Of a stretch of DNA of 64,000 nt, positions 30,001 through 45,000 are shown one piece after another. Position numbers and translations under genes: made by a program. How positions within the stretch are numbered: the first letter of the stretch is position 1; each line of letters opens with the position of its first letter. The notes under the pieces are model-generated. The model did not search any database. It was not told the origin of the DNA and saw nothing but the letters and a program-made list of their open reading frames with translations. This DNA comes from Eledone cirrhosa (Eukaryota). The stretch is from the NCBI GenBank assembly GCA_964016885.1, contig OZ024744.1, positions 109,864,001 to 109,928,000 on the forward strand, written 5' to 3'.

Positions 30001-33000
30001 CTACCTCTCTGTCCATGTGTCTCTACCTCTCTGTCCCTGTGTCTCTACCTCTCTGTCCCTGTGTCTCTACCTCTCTGTCCATGTCTTTCTACCTCTCTGT
30101 CCATGTGTCTCTACCTCACTGTCCCTGTCTCTACCTCTCTGTCCATGTCTCTCTACCTCACTGTCCCTGTGTCTCTACCTCCCTGTCCCTGTGTCTCTAC
30201 CTCTCTGTCCATGTCTCTCTACCTCTCTGTCCATGTCTCTCTACCTCTCTGTCCCTGTGTCTCTACCTCTCTGTTCATGTCTCTCTACCTCTCTGTCCAT
30301 GTGTCTCTACCTCTCTGTCCCTGTGTCTCTACCTCTCTGTCCATGTGTCTCTATCTCTCTGTCCATGTCTCTCTACCTCTCTGTCCATGTCTCTCTACCT
30401 CTCTGTCCATGTCTCTCTACCTCTCTATCCATGTCTCTCTACCTCTCTGTCCATGTCTCTCTACCTCTCTGTCCATGTCTCTCTACCTCTCTGTCCCTGT
30501 GTCTCTACCTCTCTGTCCATGTCTCTCTACCTCTCTGTCCATGTCTCTCTACCTCTCTGTCCATGTCTCTCTACCTCACTGTCCCTGTGTCTCTACCTCT
30601 CTGTCCATGTCTCTCTACCTCTCTGTCCATGTCTCTCTATCTCTCTGTCCATGTCTCTCTACCTCTCTGTCCCTGTGTCTCTACCTCTCTGTCCATGTGT
30701 CTCTACCTCTCTGTCCATGTGTCTCTACCTGTCTGTCCATGTCTCTCTATCTCTCTGTCCATGTCTCTCTACCTCTCTGTCCCTGTGTCTCTACCTCTCT
30801 GTCCATGTCTCTCTACCTCTCTGTCCATGTGTCTCTACCTCTCTGTCCCTGTGTCTCTACCTCTCTGTCCATGTCTCTCTACCTCTCTGTCCATGTCTCT
30901 CTACCTCTCTGTCCATGTCTCTCTACCTCACTGTCCCTGTGTCTCTACCTCTCTGTCCATGTCTCTCTACCTCTCTGTCCATGTCTCTCTATCTCTCTGT
31001 CCATGTCTCTCTACCTCTCTGTCCCTGTGTCTCTACCTCTCTGTCCATGTCTCTCTACCTCTCTGTCCCTGTGTCTCTACCTCTCTGTCCATGTCTCTCT
31101 ACCTCTCTGTCCCTGTGTCTCTACCTCTCTGTCTCTGTGTCTCTACCTCACTGTCCATGTGTCTCTACCTCACTGTCCATGTCTCTCTACCTCACTGTCC
31201 CTGTCTCTCTACCTCTCTGTCCATGTGTCTCTTCCTCTCTGTCCATGTCTCTCTACCTCTCTGTCCCTGTGTCTCTACCTCTCTGTCCATGTGTCTCTAC
31301 ATCTCTGTCCCTGTGTCGCTACCTCTCTGTCCCTGTGTCTCTACCTCTCTGTCCCTGTGTCTCTACCTCTCTGTCCATGTGTCTCTACCTCTCTGTCCAT
31401 GTGTCTCAACCTCTCTGTCCATGTGTCTCTATCTCTCTGTCCATGTGTCTCTACCTCTCTGTCCCTGTGTCTCTACCTCTCTGTCCATGTCTCTCTACCT
31501 CTCTGTCCCTGTGTCTCTACATCACTGTCCATGTGTCTCTATTTCTCTGTCCCTGTGTCTCTACCTCACTGTCCCTGTCTCTACCTCTCTGTCCATGTGT
31601 CTCTACCTCTCTGTCCCTGGATCTCTACCTTCACTTCCCCGTGTCTCTACCTCTCTGTCCCTGTGTCTCTACCTCACTGTCCATGTCTCTCTACCTCTCT
31701 GTCCATGTGTCTCTACCTCACTGTCCCTGTGTCTCTACCTCTCTGTCCATGTCTCTCTACCTCTCTGTCCCTGTGTCCCTACCTCTCTGTCCATGTGTCT
31801 CTACCTCTCTGTCCCTGTGTCTCTACCTCTCTGTCCCTGTGTCTCTACCTCTCAGTCCCTGTGTCTCTACCTCTCTGTCCATGTGTCTCTACCTCTCTGT
31901 CCGTGTGTGTCTACCTCTCTGTCCATGTGTCTCTACCTCTCTGTCCATGTGTCTCTACCTCTCTGTCCATGTGTCTCTACCTCTCTGTCCATGTGTCTCT
32001 ACCTCTCTGTCCATGTCTCTCTACCTCTCTGTCCCTGTGTCCCTACCTCTCTGTCCATGTGTCTCTACCTCTCTGTCCCTGTGTCTCTACCTCTCTGTCC
32101 CTGTGTCTCTACCTCTCAGTCCCTGTGTCTCTACCTCTCTGTCCATGTGTCTCTACCTCTCTGTCCGTGTGTGTCTACCTCTCTGTCCATGTGTCTCTAC
32201 CTCTCTGTCCATGTGTCTCTACCTCTCTGTCCATGTGTCTCTACCTCTCTGTCCATGTCTCTCTACCTCTCTGTCCCTGTGTCTCTACCTCTCTGTCCCT
32301 GTGTCTCTACCTCTCTGTCCCTGTGTCTCTACCTCTCTGTCCATGTCTCTCTACCTCACTGTCCATGTGTCTCTATTTCTCTGTCCCTGTGTCTCTACCT
32401 CACTGTCCATTTCTCTCTACCTCACCGTCCATGTGTCTCTATTTCTCTGTCCCTGTGTCTCTACCTCTCTGTCCCTGTGTCTCTACCTCTCTGTCCCTGT
32501 GTCTCCACCTCTCTGTCCCTGTGCCTCTACCTCTCTGTCCCTGTGTCTCTACCTCTCTGTCCATGTGTCTCTACCTCTCTGTCCATGTGTCTCTACCTCT
32601 CTGTCCATGTGTCTCTACCTCTCTGTCCATGTGTCTCTACCTATCTGTCCCTGTGTCTCTACCTCTCTGTCCCTATGTCTCTACCTCTCTGTCCATGTGT
32701 CTCTACCTCTCTGTCCTTGTGTCTCTACCTCTCCCCCCCCCGTGTTTCTACCTCTCTGTCCATGTGTCTCTACCTCTCTGTCCCTGTGTCTCTACTTCTC
32801 TGTCCATGTGTCTCTACCTCTCTGTCCATGTCTCTCTACCGCTCTGTCCATGTGTCTCTACCGCACTGTCCCTGTGTCTCTACCTCACTGTCCCTGTATC
32901 TCTACCTCTCTGTCCCTGTGTCTCTACCTCTCTGTCCCTGTGTCTCTACCTCACTGTCCATGTGTCTCTACCTCTCTGTCCATGTCTCTCTACCTCTCTG

Positions 33001-36000
33001 TCCATGTCTCTCTACCTCTCTGTCCATGTCTCTCTACCTCTCTGTCCATGTGTCTCTACCTCTCTGTCCATGTGTCTCTACCTCTCTGTCCCTGTGTCTC
33101 TACCTCTCTGTCCATGTGTCTCTACCTCTCTGTCCATGTGTCTCTACCTCTCTGTCCCTGTGTCTCTACCTCTCTGTCCATGTGTCTCTACCTCTCTGTC
33201 CATGTCTCTCTACCTCTCTGTTCCTGTGTCTCTACCTCTCTGTCCATGTGTCTCTACCACTCTGTCCATGTGTTACTACCTCTCTGTCCATGTCTCTCTA
33301 CCTCTCTGTCCATGTCTCTCTACCTCTCTGTCCCTGTGTCTCTACCTCTCTGTCCCTGTGTCTCTACCTCTCTGTCCCTGTGTCTCTACCTCTCAGTCCA
33401 TGTCTCTCTACCTCACTGTCCATGTGTCTCTATTTCTCTGTCCCTGTGTCTCTACCTCTCTGTCCATGTCTCTCTACCTCACTGTCCATGTGTCACTATT
33501 CCTCTGTCCCTGTGTCTCTACCTCTCTGTCCATGTGTCTCTACCTCTCTGTCCCTGGATCTCTACCTTCACTTCCCTGTGTCTCTACCTCTCTGTCCCTG
33601 TGTCTCTACCTCTCTGTCCCTGTGTCTCTACCTCTCTGTCCCTGTGTCTCTACCTCTCTGTCCCTGTGTCTCTACCTCTCTGTCCATGTGTCTCTACCTC
33701 TCTGTCCATGTGTCTCTACCTTTCTGTCCATGTGTCTCTACCTCTCTGTCCATGTGTCTCTACCTATCTGTCCCTGTGTCTCTACCTCTCTGTCCCTATG
33801 ACTCTACCTCTCTGTCCATGTGTCTCTACCTCTCTGTCCTTGTGTCTCTACCTCTCTGTCCCTGTGTTTCTACCTCTCTGTCCATGTGTCTCTACCTCTC
33901 TGTCCCTGTGTCTCTACCTCTCTGTCCATGTGTCTCTATCTCTCTGTCCATGTCTCTCTACCTCTCTGTCCATGTGTCTCTACCACACTCTCCCTGTGTC
34001 TCTACCTCACTGTCCCTGTATCTCTACCTCTCTGTCCCTGTGTCTCTACCTCTCTGTCCCTGTGTCTCTACCTCACTGTCCATGTGTCTCTACCTCTCTG
34101 TCCCTGTGTCTCTACCTCTCTGTCCATGTGTCTCTACCTCTCTGTCCATGCCTCTCTACCTCTCTGTCCATGTCTCTCTACCTCTCTGTCCCTGTGTCTC
34201 TACCTCTCTGTCCCTGTGTCTCTACCTCTCTGTCCCTGTGTCTCTACCTCTCTGTCCATGTCTCTCTACCTCTCTGTCCATGTCTCTCTACCTCACTCTC
34301 CATGTCTCTCTACCTCTCTGTCCCTGTCTCTCTACCTCTCTGTCCATGTGTCTCTACCTCTCTGTCCCTGTGTCTCTACCTCTCTGTCCATGTGTCTCTA
34401 CCTCTCTGTCCCTGTGTCTCTACCTCTCTGTCCCTGTGTCTCTACCTCTCTGTCCCTGTGTCTCTACCTCTCTGTCCCTGTGTCTCTACCTCACTGTCCA
34501 TGTGTCTCTACCTCTCTGTCCCTGTGTCTCTACCTCTCTGTCCATGTGTCTCTACCTCTCTGTCCATGTGTCTCTACCTTTCTGTCCCTGTGTCTCTACC
34601 TCTCTGTCCCTGTGTCTCTACCTCTCTGTCCCTGTGTCTCTACCTCTCTGTCCATGTCTCTCTACCTCTCTGTCCATGTGTCTCTACCTCTCTGTCCATG
34701 TGTCTCTACCTCACTGTCCATGTCTCTCTACCTCTCTGTCCATGTGTCTCTACCTCACTGTCCATGTGTCTCTACATCTCTGTCCATGTGTCTCTACCTC
34801 TCTGTCCATGTGTCTCTACCTCTCTGTCCCTGTGTCTCTACCTCTCTGTCCATGTGTCTCTACCTCACTTCCCTGTGTCTCTACCTCTCTGTCCATGCCT
34901 CTCTACCTCTCTGTCCCTGTGTCTCTACCTCTCTGTCCCAGTGTCTCTACCTCTCTGTCCCTGTGTCTCTACCTCTCTGTCCATGTCTCTCTACCTCTCT
35001 GTCCATGTCTCTCTACCTCTCTGTCCATGTCTCTCTACCTCTCTGTCCATGTCTCTCTACCTCTCTGTCCCTGTGTCTCTACCTCTCTGTCCATGTCTCT
35101 CTACCTCACTGTCCCTGTCTCTCTACCTCTCTGTCCCTGTGTCTCTACCTCTCTGTCCCTGTGTCTCTACCTCTCTGTCCCTGTGTCTCTACCTCTCTGT
35201 CCATGTCTCTCTACCTCACTGTCCATGTCTCTCTACCTCACTGTCCCTGTCTCTCTACCTCTCTGTCCCTGTGTCTCTACCTCCCTGTCCCTGTGTCTCT
35301 ACCTCTCTGTCCATGTGTCTCCACCTCTCTGTCCATGTGTCTCAACCTCTCTGTCCCTGTGTCTCTACCTCTCTGTCCATGTGTCTCTACCTCTCTGTCC
35401 CTGTGTCTCTACCTCTCTGTCCCTGTGTCTCTACCTCTCTGTCCCTGTGTCTCTACCTCTCTGTCCCTGTGTCTCTACCTCTCTGTCCATGTGTCTCTAC
35501 CTCACTGTCCATGTGTCTCTACCTCTCTGTCCCTGTGTCTCTACCTCACTGTCCCTGTGTCTCTTCCTCTCTGTCCATGTGTCTCTACCTCACTGTCTAT
35601 GTCTCGCTACCTCTCTGTCCCTGTGTCTCTACCTCTCTGTCCATGTCTCTCTACCTCACTGTCCATGTGTCTCTACCTCACTGTCCCTGTGTCTCTTCCG
35701 CTCTGTCCCTGTCTCTCTACCTCTCTGTCCATGTGTCTATTCCTCTCTGTCCATGTCTCTCTACCTCTCTGTCCATGTGTGTCTACCTCTCTGTCCACGT
35801 GTCTCTACCTCTCTGTCCATGTGTCTCTACCTCTCTGTCCATGTGTCTCTACCTCCCTGTCCCTGTGTCTCTACCTCTCTGTCCCTGTCTCTCTACCTCA
35901 CTGTCCATGTGTCTCTACCTCTCTGTCCATGTGTCTCTACCTCTCTGTCCATGTGTCTCTACCTCTCTGTCCCTGTGTCTCTACCTCTCTGTCCATGTCT

Positions 36001-39000
36001 CTCTACCTCTCTGTCCATGTCTCTCTACCTCACTGTACATGTCTCTCTACCTCTCTGTCCCTGTGTCTCTACCTCTCTGTCCATATGTCTCTACCTCTCT
36101 GTCCCTGTGTCTCTACCTCTCTGTCCATGTGTCTCTACCTCTCTGTCCATGTGTCTCTACCTCTCTGTCCCTGTGTCTCTACCTCACTGTCCATGTGTCT
36201 CTACCTCACTGTCCTTGTGTCTCTACCTCTCTGTCCATGTGTCTCTACCTCTCTGTCCATGTGTCTCTACCTCTCTGTCCCTGTGTCTCTACCTCTCTGT
36301 CCCAGTGTCTCTACCTCTCTGTCCATGTGTCTCTACCTCTCTGTCCATGTCTCTCTACCTCTCTGTCCATGTCTCTCTACCTCACTGTACATGTCTCTCT
36401 ACCTTTCTGTCCCTGTGTCTCTACCTCTCTGTCCCTGTGTCTCTACCTTTCTGTCCATGTCTCTCTACCTCACTGTCCATGTGTCTCTACCTCTCTGTCC
36501 CTGTGTCTCTACCTCACTGTCCATGTGTCTCTACCTCACTGTCCATGTGTCTCTACCTTTCTGTCCATGTCTCTCTACCTCACTGTCCATGTGTCTCTAC
36601 CTCTCTGTCCCTGTGTCTCTACCTCTCTGTCCATGTGTCTCTACCTCTCTGTCCCTGTGTCTCTACCTCTCTGTCCATGTGTCTCTACCTCACTGTCCAT
36701 GTGTCTCTACCTCTCTGTCCCTGTATCTCTACCTCTCTGTCCATGTGTCTCTACCTCTCTGTCCCTGTGTCTCTACCTCTCTGTACCTGTGTCTCTACCT
36801 CTCTCTCCCTGTGTCTCTACCTCTCTGTCCATGTGTCTCTACCTCTCTGTCCATGTCTCTCTACCTCACTGTCCATGTGTCTCTACCTCTCTGTCCATGT
36901 GTCTCTATTTCTCTGTCCCTGTGTCTCTACCTCTCTGTCCATGTGTCTCTACCTGTCTGTCCCTGTGTCTCTACCTCTCTGTCCCTGTGTCTCTACCTCT
37001 CTGTCCCTGTGTCTCTACCTCTCTGTCCATGTGTCTCTATTTCTCTGTCCATGTGTCTCTACCTCTCTGTCCCTGTGTCTCTACCTCTCTGTCCCTATGT
37101 CTCTACCTCTCTGTCCCTGTGTCTCTACCTCTCTGTCCATGTGTCTCTACCTCTCTGTCCATGTGTCTCTACCTCTCTGTCCATGTGTCTCTACCTCTCT
37201 GTCCCTGGATCTCTACCTTCATTTCCCTGTGTCTCTACCTCTCTGTCCCTGTGTCTCTACCTCTCTGTCCCTGTGTCTCTACCTCTCTGTCCCTGTGTCT
37301 CTACCTCTCTGTCCCTGTGTCTCTACCTCTCTGTCCATGTCTCTCTACCTCACTGTCCCTGTGTCTCTACCTCTCTGTCCCTGTGTCTCTACCTTTCTGT
37401 CCATGTGGCTCTACCTCTCTGTCCATGTGTCTCTACCTCTCTGTCCATGTCTCTCTACCTCTCTGTCCATGTCTCTCTACCTCTCTGTCCATGTGTCTCT
37501 ACCTCTCTGTCCATGTCTCTCTACCTCTCTGTCCATGAGTCTCTACCTCTCTGTCCATGTGTCTCTACCTCTCTGTCCATGTGTCTCTACCTCTCTGTCC
37601 ATGTCTCTCTACCTCTCTGTCCATGTGTCTCTACCTCTCTGTCCATGTGTCTCTACCTCTCTGTCCATGTGTCTCTACCTCTCTGTCCCTGTGTCTATAC
37701 CTCTCTGTCCCTGTGTCTCTACCTCTCTGTCCCTGTGTCTCTACCTCTCTGTCCATGCCTCTCTACCTCTCTGTCCATGTGTCTCTACCTCTCTGTCCCT
37801 GTGTCTCTACCTTTCTGTCCATGTGTCTCTACCTCTCTGTCCCTGTGTCTCTACCTCTCTGTCCCTGTGTCTCTACCTCTCTGTCCATGTCTCTCTACCT
37901 CTCTGTCCATGTCTCTCTACCTCTCTGTCCCTGTGTCTCTACCTCTCTGTCCATGTCTCTCTATCTCACTGTACATGTCTCTCTACCTCTCTGTCCCTGT
38001 GTCTCTACCTCTCTGTCCCTGTGTCTCTACCTCACTGTCCATGTGTCTCTACCTCTCTGTCCATGTCTCTCTACCTCACTGTACATGTCTCTCTACCTCT
38101 CTGTCCCTGTGTCTCTACCTCTCTGTCCATGTGTCTCTACCTCACTGTCCCTGTCTCTCTACCTCTCTGTCCATGTCTCTCTACCTCTCTGTCCTTGTGT
38201 CTCTACCTCTCTGTCCCTGTGTCTCTACCTCTCTGTCCATGTGTCTCTACCTCTCTGTCCTTGTGTCTCTACCTCTCTGTCCCTGTCTCTCTACCTCTCT
38301 GTCCATGTGTCTCTGCCTCTCTGTCCCTGTCTCTCTACCTCTCTGTCCCTGTCTCTCTACCTCTCTGTCCATGTCTCTCTACCTCCCTGTCCCTGTGTCT
38401 CTACCTCTCTGTCCCTGTGTCTCTACCTCCCTGTCCCTGTGTCTCTACCTCTCTGTGCCTGTCTCTCTACCTCTCTGTCCATGTCTCTCTACCTCCCTGT
38501 CCCTGTGTCTCTACCTCTCTGTCCATGTGTCTCTACCTCTCTGTCCATGTGTCTCTACCTCTCTGTCCATGTGTCTCTACCTCTCTGTCCATGTGTCTCT
38601 ACCTCTCTGTCCATGCCTCTCTACCTCTCTGTCCCTGTCTCTCTACCTCACTGTCCATGTGTCTCTACCTCTCTGTCCCTGTGTCTCTACCTCTCTGTCC
38701 ATGTGTCTCTACCTCTCTGTCCATGTGTCTCTACCTCTCTGTCCCTGTGTCTCTACCTCACTGTCCATGTCTCTCTACCTCTCTGTCCCTGTGTCTCTAC
38801 CTCACTGTCCATGTGTCTCTACCTCTCTGTCCCTGTGTCTCTACCTCTCTGTCCCTGTGTCTCTACCTCTCTGTCTCTGTGTCTCTACCTCTCTGTCCAT
38901 GTGTCTCTACCTCTCTGTCCCTGTGTCTCTACCTCACTGTCCATGTGTCTCTACCTCTCTGTCCATGTGTCTCTACCTCTCTGTCCCTGTGTCTCTACCT

Positions 39001-42000
39001 CTCTGTCCCTGTCTCTACCTCTCTGTCCATGTCTCTCTACCTCACTGTCCATGTGTCTCTACCTCCCTGTCCCTGTGTCTCTACCTCTCTGTCAATGTGT
39101 CTCTACCTCTCTGTCCCTGTGTCTCTACCTCTCTGTCCCTGTGTCTCTACCTCTCTGTCCATGTGTCTCTACCTCTCTGTCCCTGTGTCTCTACCTCTCT
39201 GTCCCTGTGTCTCTACCTCCCTATTCCTGTCTCTACCTCTCTGTCCATGTGTCTCTACCTCACTGTCCATGTGTCTCTACCTCTCTGTCCATGTCTCTCT
39301 ACCTCTCTGTCCATGTCTCTCTACCTCTCTGTCCATGTCTCTCTACCTCTCTGTCCCTTTGTCTCTACCTCTCTGTCCATGTGTCTCTACCTCTCTGTCC
39401 ATGTGTCTCTACCTCCCTGTCCCTGTGTCTCTACCTCACTGTCCATGTGTCTCTACCTCTCTGTCCATGCCTCTCTACCTCTCTGTCCATGTCTCTCTAC
39501 CTCTCTGTCCCTGTGTCTCTACCTCTCTGTCCCTGTGTCTCTACCTCTCTGTCCATGTGTCTCTACCTCTCTGTCCCTGTGTCTCTACCTCTCTGTCCAA
39601 GTGTCTCTACCTCACTGTCCCTGTGTCTCTACCTCTCTGTCCATGTGTCTCTACCTCACTGTCCATGTCTCTCTACCTCTCTGTCCCTGTGTCTCTACCT
39701 CCCTGTCCCTGTGTCTCTACCTCCCTGTCCCTGTGTCTCTACCTCTCTGTCCATGTGTCTCTACCTCTCTGTCCATGTGTCTCTACCTCCCTGTCCCTGT
39801 GTCTCTACCTCTCTGTCCATGTGTCTCTACCTCTCTGTCCGTGTGTGTCTACCTCTCTGTCCACGTGTCTCTACCTCTCTGTCCATGTGTCTCTACCTCT
39901 CTGTCCATGTCTCTCTACCTCTCTGTCCCTGTGTCTCTACCTCTCTGTCCCTGTCTCTCTACCTCACTGTCCATGTGTCTCTACCTCTCTGTCCATGTGT
40001 CTCTACCTCTCTGTCCATGTGTCTCTACCTCTCTGTCCCTGTGTCTCTACCTCTCTGTCCATGTCTCTCTACCTCTCTGTCCATGTCTCTCTACCTCACT
40101 GTACATGTCTCTCTACCTCTCTGTCCCTGTGTCTCTACCTCTCTGTCCATATGTCTCTACCTCTCTGTCCCTGTGTCTCTACCTCTCTGTCCATGTGTCT
40201 CTACCTCTCTGTCCATGTGTCTCTACCTCTCTGTCCCTGTGTCTCTACCTCACTGTCCATGTGTCTCTACCTCACTGTCCATGTGTCTCTACCTCTCTGT
40301 CCATGTGTCTCTACCTCTCTGTCCATGTGTCTCTACCTCTCTGTCCCTGTGTCTCTACCTCTCTGTCCCAGTGTCTCTACCTCTCTGTCCATGTGTCTCT
40401 ACCTCTCTGTCCATGTCTCTCTACCTCTCTGTCCATGTCTCTCTACCTCACTGTACATGTCTCTCTACCTTTCTGTCCCTGTGTCTCTACCTCTCTGTCC
40501 CTGTGTCTCTACCTCTCTGTCCCTGTGTCTCTATTTCTCTGTCCCTGTGTCTCTACCTCTCTGTCCATGTGTCTCTACCTGTCTGTCCCTGTGTCTCTAC
40601 CTCTCTGTCCCTGTGTCTCTACCTCTCTGTCCCTGTGTCTCTACCTCTCTGTCCATGTGTCTCTATTTCTCTGTCCATGTGTCTCTACCTCTCTGTCCCT
40701 GTGTCTCTACCTCTCTGTCCCTGTGTCTCTACCTCTCTGTCCCTGTGTCTCTACCTCTCTGTCCATGTGTCTCTACCTCTCTGTCCATGTGTCTCTACCT
40801 CTCTGTCCATGTGTCTCTACCTCTCTGTCCCTGGATCTCTACCTTCATTTCCCTGTGTCTCTACCTCTCTGTCCCTGTGTCTCTACCTCTCTGTCCCTGT
40901 GTCTCTACCTCTCTGTCCCTGTGTCTCTACCTCTCTGTCCCTGTGTCTCTACCTCTCTGTCCATGTCTCTCTACCTCACTGTCCCTGTGTCTCTACCTCT
41001 CTGTCCCTGTGTCTCTACCTTTCTGTCCATGTGGCTCTACCTCTCTGTCCATGTGTCTCTACCTCTCTGTCCATGTCTCTCTACCTCTCTGTCCATGTCT
41101 CTCTACCTCTCTGTCCATGTGTCTCTACCTCTCTGTCCATGTCTCTCTACCTCTCTGTCCATGAGTCTCTACCTCTCTGTCCCTGTGTCTCTACCTCTCT
41201 GTCCCTGTGTCTCTACCTCTCTGTCCATGTCTCTCTACCTCTCTGTCCATGTCTCTCTACCTCTCTGTCCATGTGTCTCTACCTCACTGTCCCTGTGTCT
41301 CTACCGCTCTGTCCATGTGTCTCTACCTCACTGTCCATGTGTCTCTACCTCTCTGTCCATGTCTCTCTACCTCACTGTACATGTCTCTCTACCTCTCTGT
41401 CCCTGTGTCTCTACCTCTCTGTCCATGTGTCTGTACCTCTCTGTCCACGTGTCTCTACCTCACTGTCCCTGTCTCTCTACCTCTCTGTCCATGTCTCTCT
41501 ACCTCTCTGTCCTTGTGTCTCTACCTCTCTGTCCCTGTGTCTCTACCTCTCTGTCCATGTGTCTCTACCTCTCTGTCCTTGTGTCTCTACCTCTCTGTCC
41601 CTGTCTCTCTACCTCTCTGTCCATGTCTCTCTACCTCTCTGTCCTTGTGTCTCTACCTCCCTGTCCCTGTGTCTCTACCTCTCTGTCCCTGTGTCTCTGC
41701 CTCTCTGTCCCTGTCTCTCTACCTCTCTGTCCCTGTCTCTCTACCTCTCTGTCCATGTCTCTCTACCTCCCTGTCCCTGTGTCTCTACCTCTCTGTCCCT
41801 GTGTCTCTACCTCCCTGTCCCTGTGTCTCTACCTCTCTGTGCCTGTCTCTCTACCTCTCTGTCCATGTCTCTCTACCTCCCTGTCCCTGTGTCTCTACCT
41901 CTCTGTCCATGTGTCTATACCTCTCTGTCCATGTGTCTCTACCTCTCTGTCCATGTGTCTCTACCTCTCTGTCCATGTGTCTCTACCTCTCTGTCCATGC

Positions 42001-45000
42001 CTCTCTACCTCTCTGTCCCTGTCTCTCTACCTCACTGTCCATGTGTCTCTACCTCTCTGTCCCTGTGTCTCTACCTCTCTGTCCATGTGTCTCTACCTCT
42101 CTGTCCATGTGTCTCTACCTCTCTGTCCCTGTGTCTCTACCTCACTGTCCATGTCTCTCTACCTCTCTGTCCCTGTGTCTCTACCTCACTGTCCATGTGT
42201 CTCTACCTCTCTGTCCCTGTGTCTCTACCTCTCTGTCCCTGTGTCTCTACCTCTCTGTCTCTGTGTCTCTACCTCTCTGTCCATGTGTCTCTACCTCTCT
42301 GTCCCTGTGTCTCTACCTCACTGTCCATGTGTCTCTACCTCTCTGTCCATGTGTCTCTACCTCTCTGTCCCTGTGTCTCTACCTCTCTGTCCCTGTCTCT
42401 ACCTCTCTGTCCATGTCTCTCTACCTCACTGTCCATGTGTCTCTACCTCCCTGTCCCTGTGTCTCTACCTCTCTGTCAATGTGTCTCTACCTCTCTGTCC
42501 CTGTGTCTCTACCTCTCTGTCCCTGTGTCTCTACCTCTCTGTCCATGTGTCTCTACCTCTCTGTCCCTGTGTCTCTACCTCTCTGTCCCTGTGTCTCTAC
42601 CTCCCTATTCCTGTCTCTACCTCTCTGTCCATGTGTCTCTACCTCACTGTCCATGTGTCTCTACCTCTCTGTCCATGTCTCTCTACCTCTCTGTCCATGT
42701 CTCTCTACCTCTCTGTCCATGTCTCTCTACCTCTCTGTCCCTTTGTCTCTACCTCTCTGTCCATGTGTCTCTACCTCTCTGTCCATGTGTCTCTACCTCC
42801 CTGTCCCTGTGTCTCTACCTCACTGTCCATGTGTCTCTACCTCTCTGTCCATGCCTCTCTACCTCTCTGTCCATGTCTCTCTACCTCTCTGTCCCTGTGT
42901 CTCTACCTCTCTGTCCCTGTGTCTCTACCTCTCTGTCCATGTGTCTCTACCTCTCTGTCCCTGTGTCTCTACCTCTCTGTCCAAGTGTCTCTACCTCACT
43001 GTCCCTGTGTCTCTACCTCTCTGTCCATGTGTCTCTACCTCACTGTCCATGTCTCTCTACCTCTCTGTCCCTGTGTCTCTACCTCCCTGTCCCTGTGTCT
43101 CTACCTCCCTGTCCCTGTGTCTCTACCTCTCTGTCCATGTGTCTCTACCTCTCTGTCCATGTGTCTCTACCTCCCTGTCCCTGTGTCTCTACCTCTCTGT
43201 CCATGTGTCTCTACCTCTCTGTCCGTGTGTGTCTACCTCTCTGTCCACGTGTCTCTACCTCTCTGTCCATGTGTCTCTACCTCTCTGTCCATGTGTCTCT
43301 ACCTCCCTGTCCCTGTGTCTCTACCTCTCTGTCCATGTGTCTCTACCTCTCTGTCCGTGTGTGTCTACCTCTCTGTCCACGTGTCTCTACCTCTCTGTCC
43401 ATGTGTCTCTAACTCACTGTCCATGTGTCTCTACCTCTCTGTCCATGTCTCTCTACCTCTCTGTCCATGTGTCTCTACCTCTCTGTCCCTGTCTCTCTAC
43501 CTCACTGTCCATGTGTCTCTACCTCTCTGTCCATGTGTCTCTACCTCTCTGTCCATGTGTCTCTACCTCTCTGTCCCTGTGTCTCTACCTCTCTGTCCAT
43601 GTCTCTCTACCTCTCTGTCCATGTCTCTCTACCTCACTGTACATGTCTCTCTACCTCTCTGTCCCTGTGTCTCTACCTCTCTGTCCATATGTCTCTACCT
43701 CTCTGTCCCTGTGTCTCTACCTCTCTGTCCATATGTCTCTACCTCTCTGTCCCTGTGTCTCTACCTCTCTGTCCATGTGTCTCTACCTCACTGTCCATGT
43801 GTCTCTACCTCTCTGTCCATATGTCTCTACCTCTCTGTCCCTGTGTCTCTACCTCACTGTCCATGTGTCTCTACCTCTCTGTCCATGTGTCTCTACCTCT
43901 CTGTCCCTGCGTCTCTACCTCACTGTCCATGTGTCTCTACCTCACTGTCCATGTGTCTCTACCTCTCTGTCCATGTGTCTCTACCTCTCTGTCCATGTGT
44001 CTCTACCTCTCTGTCCCTGTGTCTCTACCTCTCTGTCCCAGTGTCTCTACCTCTCTGTCCATGTGTCTCTACCTCTCTGTCCATGTCTCTCTACCTCTCT
44101 GTCCATGTCTCTCTACCTCACTGTACATGTCTCTCTACCTTTCTGTCCCTGTGTCTCTACCTCTCTGTCCCTGTGTCTCTACCTCTCTGTCCATGTCTCG
44201 CTACCTCACTGTCCATGTGTCTCTACCTCTCTGTCCATGTGTCTCTATTTCTCTGTCCCTGTGTCTCTACCTCTCTGTCCATGTGTCTCTACCTGTCTGT
44301 CCCTGTGTCTCTACCTCTCTGTCCCTGTGTCTCTACCTCTCTGTCCCTCTGTCTCTACCTCTCTGTCCATGTGTCTCTATTTCTCTGTCCATGTGTCTCT
44401 ACCTCTCTGTCCCTGGATCTCTACCTTCATTTCCCTGTGTCTCTACCTCTCTGTCCCTGTGTCTCTACCTCTCTGTCCCTGTGTCTCTACCTCTCTGTCC
44501 CTGTGATTCTACCTCTCTGTCCCTGTGTCTCTACCTCTCTGTCCATGTCTCTCTACCTCACTGTCCCTGTGTCTCTACCTCTCTGTCCCTGTGTCTCTAC
44601 CTTTCTGTCCATGTGGCTCTACCTCTCTGTCCATGTGTCTCTACCTCTCTGTCCATGTCTCTCTACCTCTCTGTCCATGTCTCTCTACCTCTCTGTCCAT
44701 GTGTCTCTACCTCTCTGTCCATGTCTCTCTACCTCTCTGTCCATGAGTCTCTACCTCTCTGTCCATGTGTCTCTACCTCTCTGTCCATGTCTCTCTACCT
44801 CTCTGTCCATGAGTCTCTACCTCTCTGTCCATGTCTCTCTACCTCTCTGTCCATGTGTCTCTACCTCTCTGTCCCTGTGTCTCTACCTCTCTGTCCATGT
44901 CTCTCTACCTCTCTGTCCATGTCTCTCTACCTCTCTGTCCATGTCTCTCTACCTCTCTGTCCCTGTGTCTCTACCTCTCTGTCCATGTGTCTCTACCTCT

